Source: an uncultured Verrucomicrobiae bacterium (GTDB lineage: Bacteria; Verrucomicrobiota; Verrucomicrobiia; Chthoniobacterales; Chthoniobacteraceae). From it: DNA of 64,000 bases. Positions 23,055 to 32,431 of the stretch are shown piece by piece. Under the pieces are notes generated by a model. It was not told where the DNA came from, ran no database searches, and worked only from the letters and a program-made list of their open reading frames with translations. Each line of letters begins with the position of its first letter. The first letter of the stretch is position 1. Location: assembly GCA_963828525.1 (NCBI GenBank), contig CAWHEP010000008.1, positions 384,001 through 448,000 on the forward strand, read 5' to 3'. The position numbers and the translations under genes are program-made.

Positions 23055-25172
23055 ATGGCTGTCCTAACGATTAAAATACCTGACTCCCAAGAGGTCACGC
23101 ATGAGCTGACAGGGGACACTGTAACCGTGGGGCGCATCGCGGAAAACGCCTTACAGATAAAGCATGACACCGTTTCCAGCCGTCACGCCCGGTTCATTCT
23201 GACCAACGGTCACTACAAGATCGAGGATCTCGATTCGACCAACGGCACTTTCGTAAACGGCTCGAAGGTAAAGGTTGCTTACCTGCGGGACGCCGACAAG
23301 CTCACGCTGGGCGATGTCGAGTGCGTCATCAGCACCCAGCAGCAGGCGGCGATCGCCACGCGCCCGGCGGAGGGAAGCGCCCAGCCGTCTGAAGCGGTCA
23401 ACCTTGCCAGGAAGCGGGAAGCCGACCTCTCCAACAAGCTGGACGAAGCAACTAAACTCGCGGAAAGCGAGGCAAAGTCCCATGCCGCCGCGCGCGAGCA
23501 GATGGCGGAACTTGCCCGCCAACTCGCGGAGCAGAAGGAATTTTCCTCCCCCCGCGCTCCTGCCGCTGAAACCAGCGCTCCCGCCGCCGAAGCCCGGGCG
23601 GCCGCCCTGGCGGAAGAACTCCAGACGACGAAGGAGAGCCTGGCAGAAGCCATCGGGAAGCTGGCCGCCGTGGAGAGAAGCTCAGCGGACTTGCGCGGAC
23701 TGCATCAGTCCGCGGTTTCAGAACGTGACGATCTTGCGCGCTCTCTTGAGGAGCACAAGCGCCTGCTCGCCGATGCGGGGTCAGGGAAGGATGCGCTGCT
23801 GGAGACCGCCACAAGGCTTGAATCATCGGAAGAGACGATCCGGCGTTTGACGGAAGAACTCGAATCTGCCAGGAGCCGTGAATCGGATCTCCGGACACGC
23901 CTCGACGAGGCAGCCAGCGCAGCGGAGGAAGCAGCAAGAGCCCATGAGGCCACGCTCGCGGAAAAGCAGGGACTCTCCGCGAAAGCGGAACACCATGAGA
24001 GACTGCTTGCCACCGCAAGTGAGCAATCGATCCAAGCTGAGTTGGTCGCCGCGCAACTGGCTGAGACGCAGAAGCAAAAGGACCTGATCCAGAAAGATCG
24101 AGATACTGGGCGCGCCTGGAATCAGGAACTTCAGACCAAGATCGAGGAGGAGCGCAAGAACTCCGCTTCCATAACGCTGCAGCGGGACGGCCTGCAACAG
24201 AAGCTCACGCAAACCGGGGCGCAATTGAACGAGATTCAAAAGCAGCTCGATACACTCGGCAAGGAGCGCGACACGCTGCGTTTCAAGAACCAAGAGATAC
24301 AGGGGAAGCTGGACGAGCAGCGCAAGCAGGCCGATCTCCTTTCCGGCCAGCGAGAAGCCACGCTGCAAAAACACAACGAGGCGCAGTCGCGCCTGGCTGA
24401 CACCCAGAAGCAACTGGAATCCACCGCAAGAGATCGCGACGGGCTTCGCGCCAAAAACCAGGAACACGCGCTCAAGCTGGAGGAGCAGCGGAGACAAATC
24501 TCGCTCCTCACCACGCAACGCGAGGGCGGGTTGCAGAGAAGCGATCAACTGCTCTCGCAGACCGCCGATCTGCAAAGACAGCTCGACGCGGTAAGCAAGG
24601 AACGCGACTCCCTGCGTAGCAAAAACCAGGAGCTTGGCCGCAAGGCGGAGGAGCAATCGCGCCAGGCGAATTCTTCCACAGGGCAGGCGGGAGATCTGCA
24701 ACGGAAGCTAAGTCTCGCGGAAGCCCGCGTCGCTGAGCTGGAGCAAAAGGCGGACACTTTAGGAGGAGAACGCGATGCGCTGCATTCTGAAAAGAAGCAG
24801 ATGGCCGAGCTCTCCGCTGAACTTCAGAAAGCGCGCGACCAAGCCAAGGACGCGCTGGAGAAGCTAAATGCCGATCTGGAAGAGGCTCGGAACCAGATCG
24901 CCGCGCAGAAAGGCGATTCAGAACAAGCAGCCGCCCGCCTGGCCGTTTTAGAGAGGGATTTGTCCGACGCGCGCGCCGAGCTTATCCAGAAGGACGCCAG
25001 GATCGCCACCTTGCAGAACGACGTGACCGGTCAGAAACCGAAAGAAGCGGGCGCGGTTTCCCCTCTTCCCCCGCTGGCGCGGCCAAAGCCGCCCGCGTGG
25101 TTCGTCACGAGGATGGAGCAACTCAAGAAAGAGCTTGCCGCGCCCGAAGAGAAGCCAGCGGACGCCCGCTAG
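23055..25172 (+). CDS. FHA domain protein with an approximately 600-aa coiled coil
   Basis: FHA motifs VGR, VSSRHA and DLDSTNGTFVNG, followed by continuous heptad-rich sequence; no TM helix. Confidence 0.88.
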   Translation: MAVLTIKIPDSQEVTHELTGDTVTVGRIAENALQIKHDTVSSRHARFILTNGHYKIEDLDSTNGTFVNGSKVKVAYLRDADKLTLGDVECVISTQQQAAIATRPAEGSAQPSEAVNLARKREADLSNKLDEATKLAESEAKSHAAAREQMAELARQLAEQKEFSSPRAPAAETSAPAAEARAAALAEELQTTKESLAEAIGKLAAVERSSADLRGLHQSAVSERDDLARSLEEHKRLLADAGSGKDALLETATRLESSEETIRRLTEELESARSRESDLRTRLDEAASAAEEAARAHEATLAEKQGLSAKAEHHERLLATASEQSIQAELVAAQLAETQKQKDLIQKDRDTGRAWNQELQTKIEEERKNSASITLQRDGLQQKLTQTGAQLNEIQKQLDTLGKERDTLRFKNQEIQGKLDEQRKQADLLSGQREATLQKHNEAQSRLADTQKQLESTARDRDGLRAKNQEHALKLEEQRRQISLLTTQREGGLQRSDQLLSQTADLQRQLDAVSKERDSLRSKNQELGRKAEEQSRQANSSTGQAGDLQRKLSLAEARVAELEQKADTLGGERDALHSEKKQMAELSAELQKARDQAKDALEKLNADLEEARNQIAAQKGDSEQAAARLAVLERDLSDARAELIQKDARIATLQNDVTGQKPKEAGAVSPLPPLARPKPPAWFVTRMEQLKKELAAPEEKPADAR
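24069..24740 (+). repeat. Four diverged tandem 168-bp (56-aa) coding repeats plus a partial fifth
   Basis: NQE codons at 24120, 24288, 24456 and 24624 (spacing 168); unit approximately QKQLD...ERD.LR.KNQE...K.EEQR.Q.......QR...LQ. Confidence 0.85.
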
Positions 25173-25173
25173 C

Positions 25174-26610
25174 CTAAAACACGTATCCTTCTTCGCCGTG
25201 ATCGAGGATATCGAGGCCCTGCCGCTCCAATTCACGCGGCGGCCGCAGACCGACGGTCAGGCGGACAATGAACCCAGCCGCGAAGGAACCCGCGACGGTG
25301 AGCAGGATTGTCAACGCCACAGCCTTCAGCTGCTCCATCCACAACGTTCTCCCGACCAGATCACCCATGCTCGACGCGATGCGGGGATTTACACTGGTGG
25401 TTGCGAGAATGCCGGTGAGAATCGCGCCGACCGTGCCTCCTACGGCGTGTATGCCGAAAGTATCCAGAGCGTCATCATAACCAAAACGCGCCTTTAGCTT
25501 CACAACGGCCAGAAACGGCACTATCCCGGCGATCACCCCGATCAGGACCGCGCCAGTGGAGTTCACGTATCCGCAGGCGGGGGTTATCACGACGAGACCG
25601 GCAACCGCGCCGGAACAGAATCCGAGGACACTCGGCTTGCCCTTGGTCGCATATTCAACCATCGCCCACACGAAGGACCCCACGGCAGCGGCCAGCGTGG
25701 TTGTCATGAAGGCGTTGGAGGCGACGCCATCGGCCCCCAAAGCGCTCCCGGCGTTGAACCCATACCAGCCCACCCAGAGCATTCCCGTTCCGACCATGCA
25801 TAGCACCAGGCTGTGCGGAGCCATATGCTCCTTCCTGAATCCGAGCCTCGGCCCCACCAGTATGCAGAGAACGAGCGCCGACCATCCGGAGGTCATGTGA
25901 ACCACAGTGCCGCCCGCGAAATCAAGCGCCTTCACCCGGGCGCCGGGATTTAGCGCTCCGTTTAACAGCCCATCCGCCGACCACACCATGTGAGCCATCG
26001 GGAAATAAACGAAGAACATCCATAGAGTCACGAAGAGAAGAACCGCGGAGTACTTCATCCTCTCCGCCACGGCTCCCATGATGAGAGCCGGAGTAAGAAT
26101 GGCAAACATCAGCTCGTACATGCAGTAAACATTGTGCGAGACCCAGAAGGAGTAGGGTGGATGCGGATCGGAATCCACCCCCCGAAGAAACGCATACTTC
26201 AGCCCGCCCAAAAAGGGGTTTCCCGGCGCAAACGCGAGGCTGTAACCAACCGCCCACCAGAGGATCGTCACCAACCCCGCAATTCCGAAGCACTGGGCAA
26301 GCACCGAGAGCACATTCGTCCTGCGCACCAACCCGCCATAGAAGAGCGCAAGGCCGGGTAGCGTCATGAAAAGAACAAGCGCTGTAGAAATCATCATCCA
26401 CGCGTTGTGACCAGGACCAGGCCCAGCGATGTTTGTTGTGACACCGGCCTTTGTGAAGTCCGCGCCACGTGGCCCATTATTCATATAGGCTTCCAGATCG
26501 CGCAGGCGTTGTTCCGTGGAAGGCGCGGCGTATACAGGCGACGGGCTGTCCGCCGCGCTGGCGCGACAGAGCGCGATTGCAAAGAGAGTGACAAGGATGA
26601 TGCGATTCAT
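25174..26610 (-). CDS. amtB: Ammonium transporter (Amt family) with N-terminal signal/extension
   Basis: PGLALFYGGLVR, DFAGGTVVH, GWYGFNAGS, DDALDTFGIHAVGG and HGEEGY. Confidence 0.94.
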   Translation of the reverse strand: MNRIILVTLFAIALCRASAADSPSPVYAAPSTEQRLRDLEAYMNNGPRGADFTKAGVTTNIAGPGPGHNAWMMISTALVLFMTLPGLALFYGGLVRRTNVLSVLAQCFGIAGLVTILWWAVGYSLAFAPGNPFLGGLKYAFLRGVDSDPHPPYSFWVSHNVYCMYELMFAILTPALIMGAVAERMKYSAVLLFVTLWMFFVYFPMAHMVWSADGLLNGALNPGARVKALDFAGGTVVHMTSGWSALVLCILVGPRLGFRKEHMAPHSLVLCMVGTGMLWVGWYGFNAGSALGADGVASNAFMTTTLAAAVGSFVWAMVEYATKGKPSVLGFCSGAVAGLVVITPACGYVNSTGAVLIGVIAGIVPFLAVVKLKARFGYDDALDTFGIHAVGGTVGAILTGILATTSVNPRIASSMGDLVGRTLWMEQLKAVALTILLTVAGSFAAGFIVRLTVGLRPPRELERQGLDILDHGEEGYVF

Positions 26611-26802
26611 GGAATTAGGCGTTCGGGGCACGGATTGTCGCGCCATCAAGCAGTTTGGCAAGTCAAAGCGTTCGCGTCGCCTGCTGCCGTTGGCAAATCC
26701 CAATTGACGCGCGCCGGATGCCATTATTCCACACAGGGAACCGCTCTCAGGAATCGGCGATGAGCACCGCCGCGGAATGGCAGAGAACCTGCGCCTAAGT
26801 TT

Positions 26803-27198
26803 TCACACCTTCGGCGCCTCGGGCATCTCTGGGACGTTCTCTTTGATACACTTGACCACAGCGGCAAGGCTGACGGGCTTCGCAAGAAACTTGAATCCGC
26901 CAATCAACGCGCCAGGGGTGACCTCCTGCGGAGACACAATCGCAGTGAGAAAAACGATAGGCGTGTCTTTCAGGGCAGGATCAGCCTGAATCTGGGAAGC
27001 AACGCCTCCGCCGTCCATCTTGGGCATCACGATATCGAGCAGGATGAGGTGCGGTTTGAAAGAACGGGCGGTCTCATACCCGAGCGACGCGTCGTTTTGC
27101 TCTTGCACGCTGTAGTTGCCGGTCTTTTCCAGCGTCAACTTCAGGAGCCGGGTGAAACCCGACTCATCGTCGATCACTAGAATGCGTGTTTTTTCCAT
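26803..27198 (-). CDS. Single-domain response regulator
   Basis: ILVIDDE, LLDIVMP, VFLTA and AKPV. Confidence 0.9.
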   Translation of the reverse strand: MEKTRILVIDDESGFTRLLKLTLEKTGNYSVQEQNDASLGYETARSFKPHLILLDIVMPKMDGGGVASQIQADPALKDTPIVFLTAIVSPQEVTPGALIGGFKFLAKPVSLAAVVKCIKENVPEMPEAPKV

Positions 27199-27202
27199 AA
27201 AC

Positions 27203-28831
27203 TTAAGCTTTGAACATGATCGTGACCCGCGCGCCGCCCTCGGGGCGGTTTTTAATATCGATGGTTCCGCTGTGCAAGTCGATTATAGTCTTCGTGACCG
27301 TCAAGCCAAGCCCCGTCCCCTGCCCCGTAGGCTTCGTCGTGAAGAAGGGATCGTAAAGTTTGCTCAGTTTGTCGCTGGCGATCCCGGTGCCGGTGTCATC
27401 GACCTCCGCCACCACCACGGTATCACCCACGCGGAAGTTTTCGGTCCGGGTGTCACCAATATTCTGTCCTACTCCCGTGAGTTGCTTGGCATAGCTCCTT
27501 ACGGTGAGAATCCCGCTCCCCGACATCGCGTGGATCGCGTTTGTGAAGACGTTCACAAACACCTGTCCCACTTTTACATCGTCCAACTTCAGCAATGGGA
27601 GCGCCGGGTCCAACTCCCGCTCTACCGTCATACCGCCACCCATTTCGCCGCGGACGAGAGTGAGTGATTGCTCGATGACCGCATTCAGGCTGCCTGTCTT
27701 CACCTCCAAGTTCTTCGGAGCCGAGAAGTCCAGCAGACCGCGCACGACATTGTCTGCTCTTTTAACAGCCGCAAGGATGTCGTTCAAGACAGTGGCAGCG
27801 CTTTCGCGCTCGATTGAATCCTGGTTCAGCAGGTACTCCACTCCCATAGTGATAATCGCCAACGGGTTCTTGACCTCATGCGCGACACCCGCGGCAAGCC
27901 GGCCAATGGACTTCATCTTCTCGGCTTCGATGAGCTGCAGTTGCACTGAGCGCAGCTCCTCGTGCGCGCGCTTCAGATCACTGACGGCCCTTAGGAGATC
28001 CTGCTGGCTTCTGGAGAGCTCCGCATTCGCCTCTCTCAGTTGCTCCTGCGCGATGCGCTGCTCGGTGATATCGCGTCCGATGCATACCATCCCCGTTGGC
28101 CGGTTCTGAGCGTCTTTCAGAGGGACCTTGGTCGTAGAAACCCATCGCCTTCGCCCATCCGCGCTCACGCTAGGCTCCTCTCGATTCAGCAGGGCGTTGC
28201 CAGACGCGATGATGGCCTGATCATCCGCATGGTATTGAGTAGCGATCTCCGGCGGAAAAAAGTCGAACACTGTTTTCCCAACAATATTCTCCTCGCTTTG
28301 CGCCCTGAGCAGACGCATGTGAGCCGCGTTGTCGATCACGTAATGACCCGCCGCGTCCTTCGCGTAAATATAGTCAGGCAGATTGTCCAACAGGTTGCGG
28401 AGGAGATTCCGCTCGCGCGCGAACGCCTCGTCCGTTCGATGCCGCTCCACGGCATAACGCATAGCGCGAAGCAGCAGATGACTGTCGATCTGGCCTTTGA
28501 CGAGATAATCCTGCGCCCCAGCGTGCATCGTGTAGATGGCGAGTTCCTCGTCGTCCAGGCCACTCAGGATGATAATGGGAAATCGACTGGGATGCGCCCT
28601 CGCCCGCTTGAAGGTTTCGATGCCTGAGCAGTCCGGCAGAGTGAGATCCAGCAGGATAAGGTCAATTGCCTCCGAATCCAACTTCTGCAGGCCTTCGGCG
28701 AGTGTCTGCGCGATCCATTTCACCTTGAACGCGCTCCTGGACGCCTCCACCATCGCGTCCAAAAGACGCGCGTCGATCGGATTGTCCTCTATAAGGAGAA
28801 CCGTGAGTTCCTGGAGCGTGGGAACAATCAT
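27203..28831 (-). CDS. REC-PAS-histidine kinase
   Basis: N-terminal REC (LLIEDN, LLDLTLPD, AQDYLVKG), PAS, H-box AHEVKNP and FFTTKPTGQGTGLGL. Confidence 0.92.
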   Translation of the reverse strand: MIVPTLQELTVLLIEDNPIDARLLDAMVEASRSAFKVKWIAQTLAEGLQKLDSEAIDLILLDLTLPDCSGIETFKRARAHPSRFPIIILSGLDDEELAIYTMHAGAQDYLVKGQIDSHLLLRAMRYAVERHRTDEAFARERNLLRNLLDNLPDYIYAKDAAGHYVIDNAAHMRLLRAQSEENIVGKTVFDFFPPEIATQYHADDQAIIASGNALLNREEPSVSADGRRRWVSTTKVPLKDAQNRPTGMVCIGRDITEQRIAQEQLREANAELSRSQQDLLRAVSDLKRAHEELRSVQLQLIEAEKMKSIGRLAAGVAHEVKNPLAIITMGVEYLLNQDSIERESAATVLNDILAAVKRADNVVRGLLDFSAPKNLEVKTGSLNAVIEQSLTLVRGEMGGGMTVERELDPALPLLKLDDVKVGQVFVNVFTNAIHAMSGSGILTVRSYAKQLTGVGQNIGDTRTENFRVGDTVVVAEVDDTGTGIASDKLSKLYDPFFTTKPTGQGTGLGLTVTKTIIDLHSGTIDIKNRPEGGARVTIMFKA

Positions 28832-30552
28832 CGAGCCTGGCCTTGGGGCGCTTCGACGACGTTCCTGCGGGGAACTGTTTTGAAAAGCGCCTCGCGCAAC
28901 GAACCAAGAGTAAAGGGCTTGCTCACAACGAGATCAACCCCAAATGGCTGCTCGCCCGCTCCGCTCATAAGATCACCGAACCCCGTCAAAAGAACGACCG
29001 GCATCCGAGGATCGAGCTTTTTGATGTGCGAAGCCAGCTGATCCCCGTTCATCTCCGGCATCGCGCGGTCGGTGAGCACCACGTCGTACGATCCGGATTG
29101 GAATTTCTCCAAACCTTCCCGCCCATTCCCGGCAGTGTCGACGACGTGCCCATCCTCATGCAGGTATACAGTGACTACTTCACGCACGAGGGGGTCATCT
29201 TCCACAACGAGCACCCGCAGGGGCGCCGAAATCGTGCCAACCGCCGCGCCGCGCGGCGGAGCCTTCTCTTCCTTCTTCACCGGAAGCGAGATCGTGATCG
29301 TCGTGCCCGTGCCGAGCTGGCTTTCGATTTTGATGTCTCCCTCGTGCCGTCTGACGATCCCATAAACGATTCCAAGCCCCAGACCGGTGCCGTGTTGCTC
29401 CTTTGTCGAGAAGAAAGGTTCCAAACAGCGCGAACGAACTTCCTCTGACATTCCCATGCCGGTATCCGAGACTTGTATGCATGCGCAGTTGCTGTCGGAA
29501 TAAGCTCGGACGGTGATGGTACCATCCATCGTAAATGCGTCCACGGCGTTGAAGATGACGTTTGTCACCATCTCCCGAAGCTCTCCTTCGTTGCCCATGA
29601 TGGCGGGCACTTCCCGGAGATCTGTCTCCATTTTGATGTAGATGCCATTGGCCTGCGCCAGATCCTTCCACTGAGGCCGGGTGAATGAGATAGCCTGCTC
29701 GATAATGTCATGCAATGACACCGCTTCGGAAACTTCCGCCTCCTCGCGATAGCGATAAAACTCCCGCAAACGGCTCACGACCTTCGCGCTATCGCGAGCC
29801 GCGGAATTGATCATCCTCAGGTAGTTATCCGCGCGTTCGGTGTCCTGAAGTGTCTCAGGATGCATTATGAGCAGTTCGCTGAATCCCATGATGGGGGCCA
29901 AAGCATTATTAAAATCGTGCGCGATGCCGCTAGCCATCCTGCCCAGCGCGTGCAGGCGCTCGCGTTGGATAATGTGCTGTTGAGTGGCCTTGATCTGGTT
30001 CAACGCCTCGGCAAGCTGCCCATTGCTCTCCCGCAATGCGTCTTCTGCTCTCTTCCGCTCATTTATCTCCCTTTTCAGATCGCTGTTGGACTTCTGCAAC
30101 TCCGCTGTCCGTTCCGCCACTCGCTTCTCAAGCTCATGATGCGCTTTGGTAAGCTCCTGCTGGGAACGCTGCCGCTCGATCGCATACTGCATCGAGCGAA
30201 CCAGCCAATGTTTGTCCACGTGGCCTTTGACCAGGTAGTCTTGGGCCCCCCTGTTCACCGTGTTCACGGCAAGCGCTTCATCATCCAAGCCGCTCAGAAC
30301 GATGATGGGCACTTCATTGGCGTGAGCAAACACCCGAGTGAATGTTTCCAGGCCCTCGCTATCGGGAAGGCTAAAATCCAGCAGGATCAGCCGGATGTCC
30401 CCTTGATAGAGACGCTCCAGTCCCGCTGCCAATGTCTCGACCGCAAACAGCTTGAAGTGACCCGCGCGCGACTCGGCGAGCATCTGCTGAAGCAGTGCGG
30501 AATGCTGGAGGTTGTCCTCAATTAGAAGAACGTTGACCGCGCTATCACTCAT
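28828..30552 (-). CDS. Hybrid REC-histidine kinase-REC
   Basis: N-terminal REC, AHDFNNAL, FFSTKEQHGTGLGL and C-terminal REC (LTDRAMP). Confidence 0.92.
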   Translation of the reverse strand: MSDSAVNVLLIEDNLQHSALLQQMLAESRAGHFKLFAVETLAAGLERLYQGDIRLILLDFSLPDSEGLETFTRVFAHANEVPIIVLSGLDDEALAVNTVNRGAQDYLVKGHVDKHWLVRSMQYAIERQRSQQELTKAHHELEKRVAERTAELQKSNSDLKREINERKRAEDALRESNGQLAEALNQIKATQQHIIQRERLHALGRMASGIAHDFNNALAPIMGFSELLIMHPETLQDTERADNYLRMINSAARDSAKVVSRLREFYRYREEAEVSEAVSLHDIIEQAISFTRPQWKDLAQANGIYIKMETDLREVPAIMGNEGELREMVTNVIFNAVDAFTMDGTITVRAYSDSNCACIQVSDTGMGMSEEVRSRCLEPFFSTKEQHGTGLGLGIVYGIVRRHEGDIKIESQLGTGTTITISLPVKKEEKAPPRGAAVGTISAPLRVLVVEDDPLVREVVTVYLHEDGHVVDTAGNGREGLEKFQSGSYDVVLTDRAMPEMNGDQLASHIKKLDPRMPVVLLTGFGDLMSGAGEQPFGVDLVVSKPFTLGSLREALFKTVPRRNVVEAPQGQAR

Positions 30553-30702
30553 ACAGAACTGCATCGGGAACCTGGGGCCGGATCGCGCTTTCTCGCGCGC
30601 AAGCCCTTGAGCCAAAGTGATAAAGTAGCATCTTTTTCAACCCATCAAAGCGCCGGCTACGCTCTGGCCCTTCCCATGAGGAAAGGTGGCCCACCACGAG
30701 CG

Positions 30703-32350
30703 CTATGCAGGGCTTGCTCCCAGCGTATGAGCCACTTCCATGCCGACGAGGCACACGTCATCCGTAAATTGTCTGTCTTCCGCGTAGAGCGCGCACCTCC
30801 GCCAGCGTCCCGTCGAATAAAGCGCCTGTGGGGAGTTGCATATGCCTGCGAACGGACTCGTGCAATGCCGCCTGATCAAAGAAATCCCCATTTTCGGCTT
30901 CCACCTCATACAACCCATCCGTGAACAGCATGATCAGGTCGCGAGGAGCAAGATTAGCTTCGTACGTGGTATAAGCGCATCGCTCAAACATTCCAAGCGC
31001 TGGCCCGGGGCGGCACCCTGCCAATCCGGAGAGCGCTTGCACCACCCCCTCGTCTCGCCGGATGTGCAGAGCTGGCGGATGGCCCGCGTTCGAATACCAC
31101 ATACGTCCGGAGGAGACATCGGCGACTACGTAGAACGCGGTAGCGAACATCGGGGTGCGGGTTCTCTTCAGTATCGAGATAAGAGCGCGGTTTATCTGTG
31201 TGAGGAATGTTCCGGGTTCAGACGCCACATCGAGCAGTTCTTCGATGAGAGCCCGCTGGATCGCCGTCACGAGCGCCGCCCTGACGCCATGTCCCATCAC
31301 GTCGCAGATGAAGACGCCCGCCGCCGTTTCCGAGATCGGCAAAATATGGAAGAAATCTCCGCCAACCGCAGTGGTGGGAAGGTACCGGGCGTAAAAGTGC
31401 AAGGCGCTCTCAGCCGTATCGGCCTTGCGCGGGAAGCTCGGGTACTGCTGCGGGAGAAACGCCTGCTGAATCTCCCTTGCCATATGCAGATCCTCCTCGT
31501 GCTGGGCGTTCTTTTCCCTTAACTCCTGATTGTAGCGGGCAGCCTCTTCCTCCGCGCGCTTGCGGGCTGTGATATCCCGCCCAATGCCTACCAGCCCAAT
31601 GATCTGCCCATCGCGGTTTCTCAGGGGCAGCTTGCTGGTGGCCAGCCATCGCTTTTTGCCGTTGTTCTCGGACGCCGCCTCTTCGCGGCCGAGGATCGCC
31701 GTGCCCTCCTTTATGACAGCGTCATCATCCGCATGGAACCGCATCGCCACTTCCCTGGGGAAAAAATCGAAGGCTGTCCTCCCAACCACCTCCTCCATCC
31801 TTTCCGCCTTGAGAGATTTTGAATGGGCGACGTTATCCAGCATGTATCTTCCCTCGCTGTCCTTCACGTAGATCGCATCCGGGAGATTATCGATGACGCT
31901 TCTTAGCAGATTCCGCTCCTCGGCAAGGGCGTTATCGGCCTCCACGCGCTTGATCGCGTACCGAATCGCGCGGACGATAAGCGGTGTATCTACCTCGCCT
32001 TTCACCAGGTAATCCTGGGCGCCCGCCTCAACGGTTTCCACCGCCAGCGACTCATCATTGAGTCCGCTCAGCACAATTATGGGAACCCCCGGCGCGGCGG
32101 CGTGCAGCGCAACGAACGTCTGGATGCCACTGCTGTCGGGAAGCGAGAGGTCGCACAGGATCACGTCGATGCGCGGTCCTTCGTTGCGCGGAGGCTGTTC
32201 CATTCGCAGCTTTGCCGAAGCGAGGTCAGGCGCCTGTTCCACTTCGAAATCGGTTTTTGACTGCCGCAAAGCCTCCTTCAGAAGCAGCACATCGCCGGGG
32301 TTATCTTCGACCAGCAGCACACGGATGGAAGTCATCACTGAATTCTTCAT
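30703..32350 (-). CDS. REC-PAS-SpoIIE/PP2C (RsbU-like) Ser/Thr phosphatase (frameshift near 30790)
   Basis: VGGDFF, CDVMGHG, NAGHP and LFTDGL; the terminal DDVCLV lies in the adjacent frame. Confidence 0.9.
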
Positions 32351-32431
32351 CGAGGGAACCTTCTACGGAGCACCCACGCGCCCGCATGACAAACATACTA
32401 CCATTTCAGGGGAATCGGCCAAGGCGGGAAA

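Noticed and set aside
24069..24740. Periodic sequence as a CRISPR array or non-coding repeat
   Set aside because: The units are diverged in-frame coding repeats without identical direct repeats or unique spacers, and there are no cas genes.
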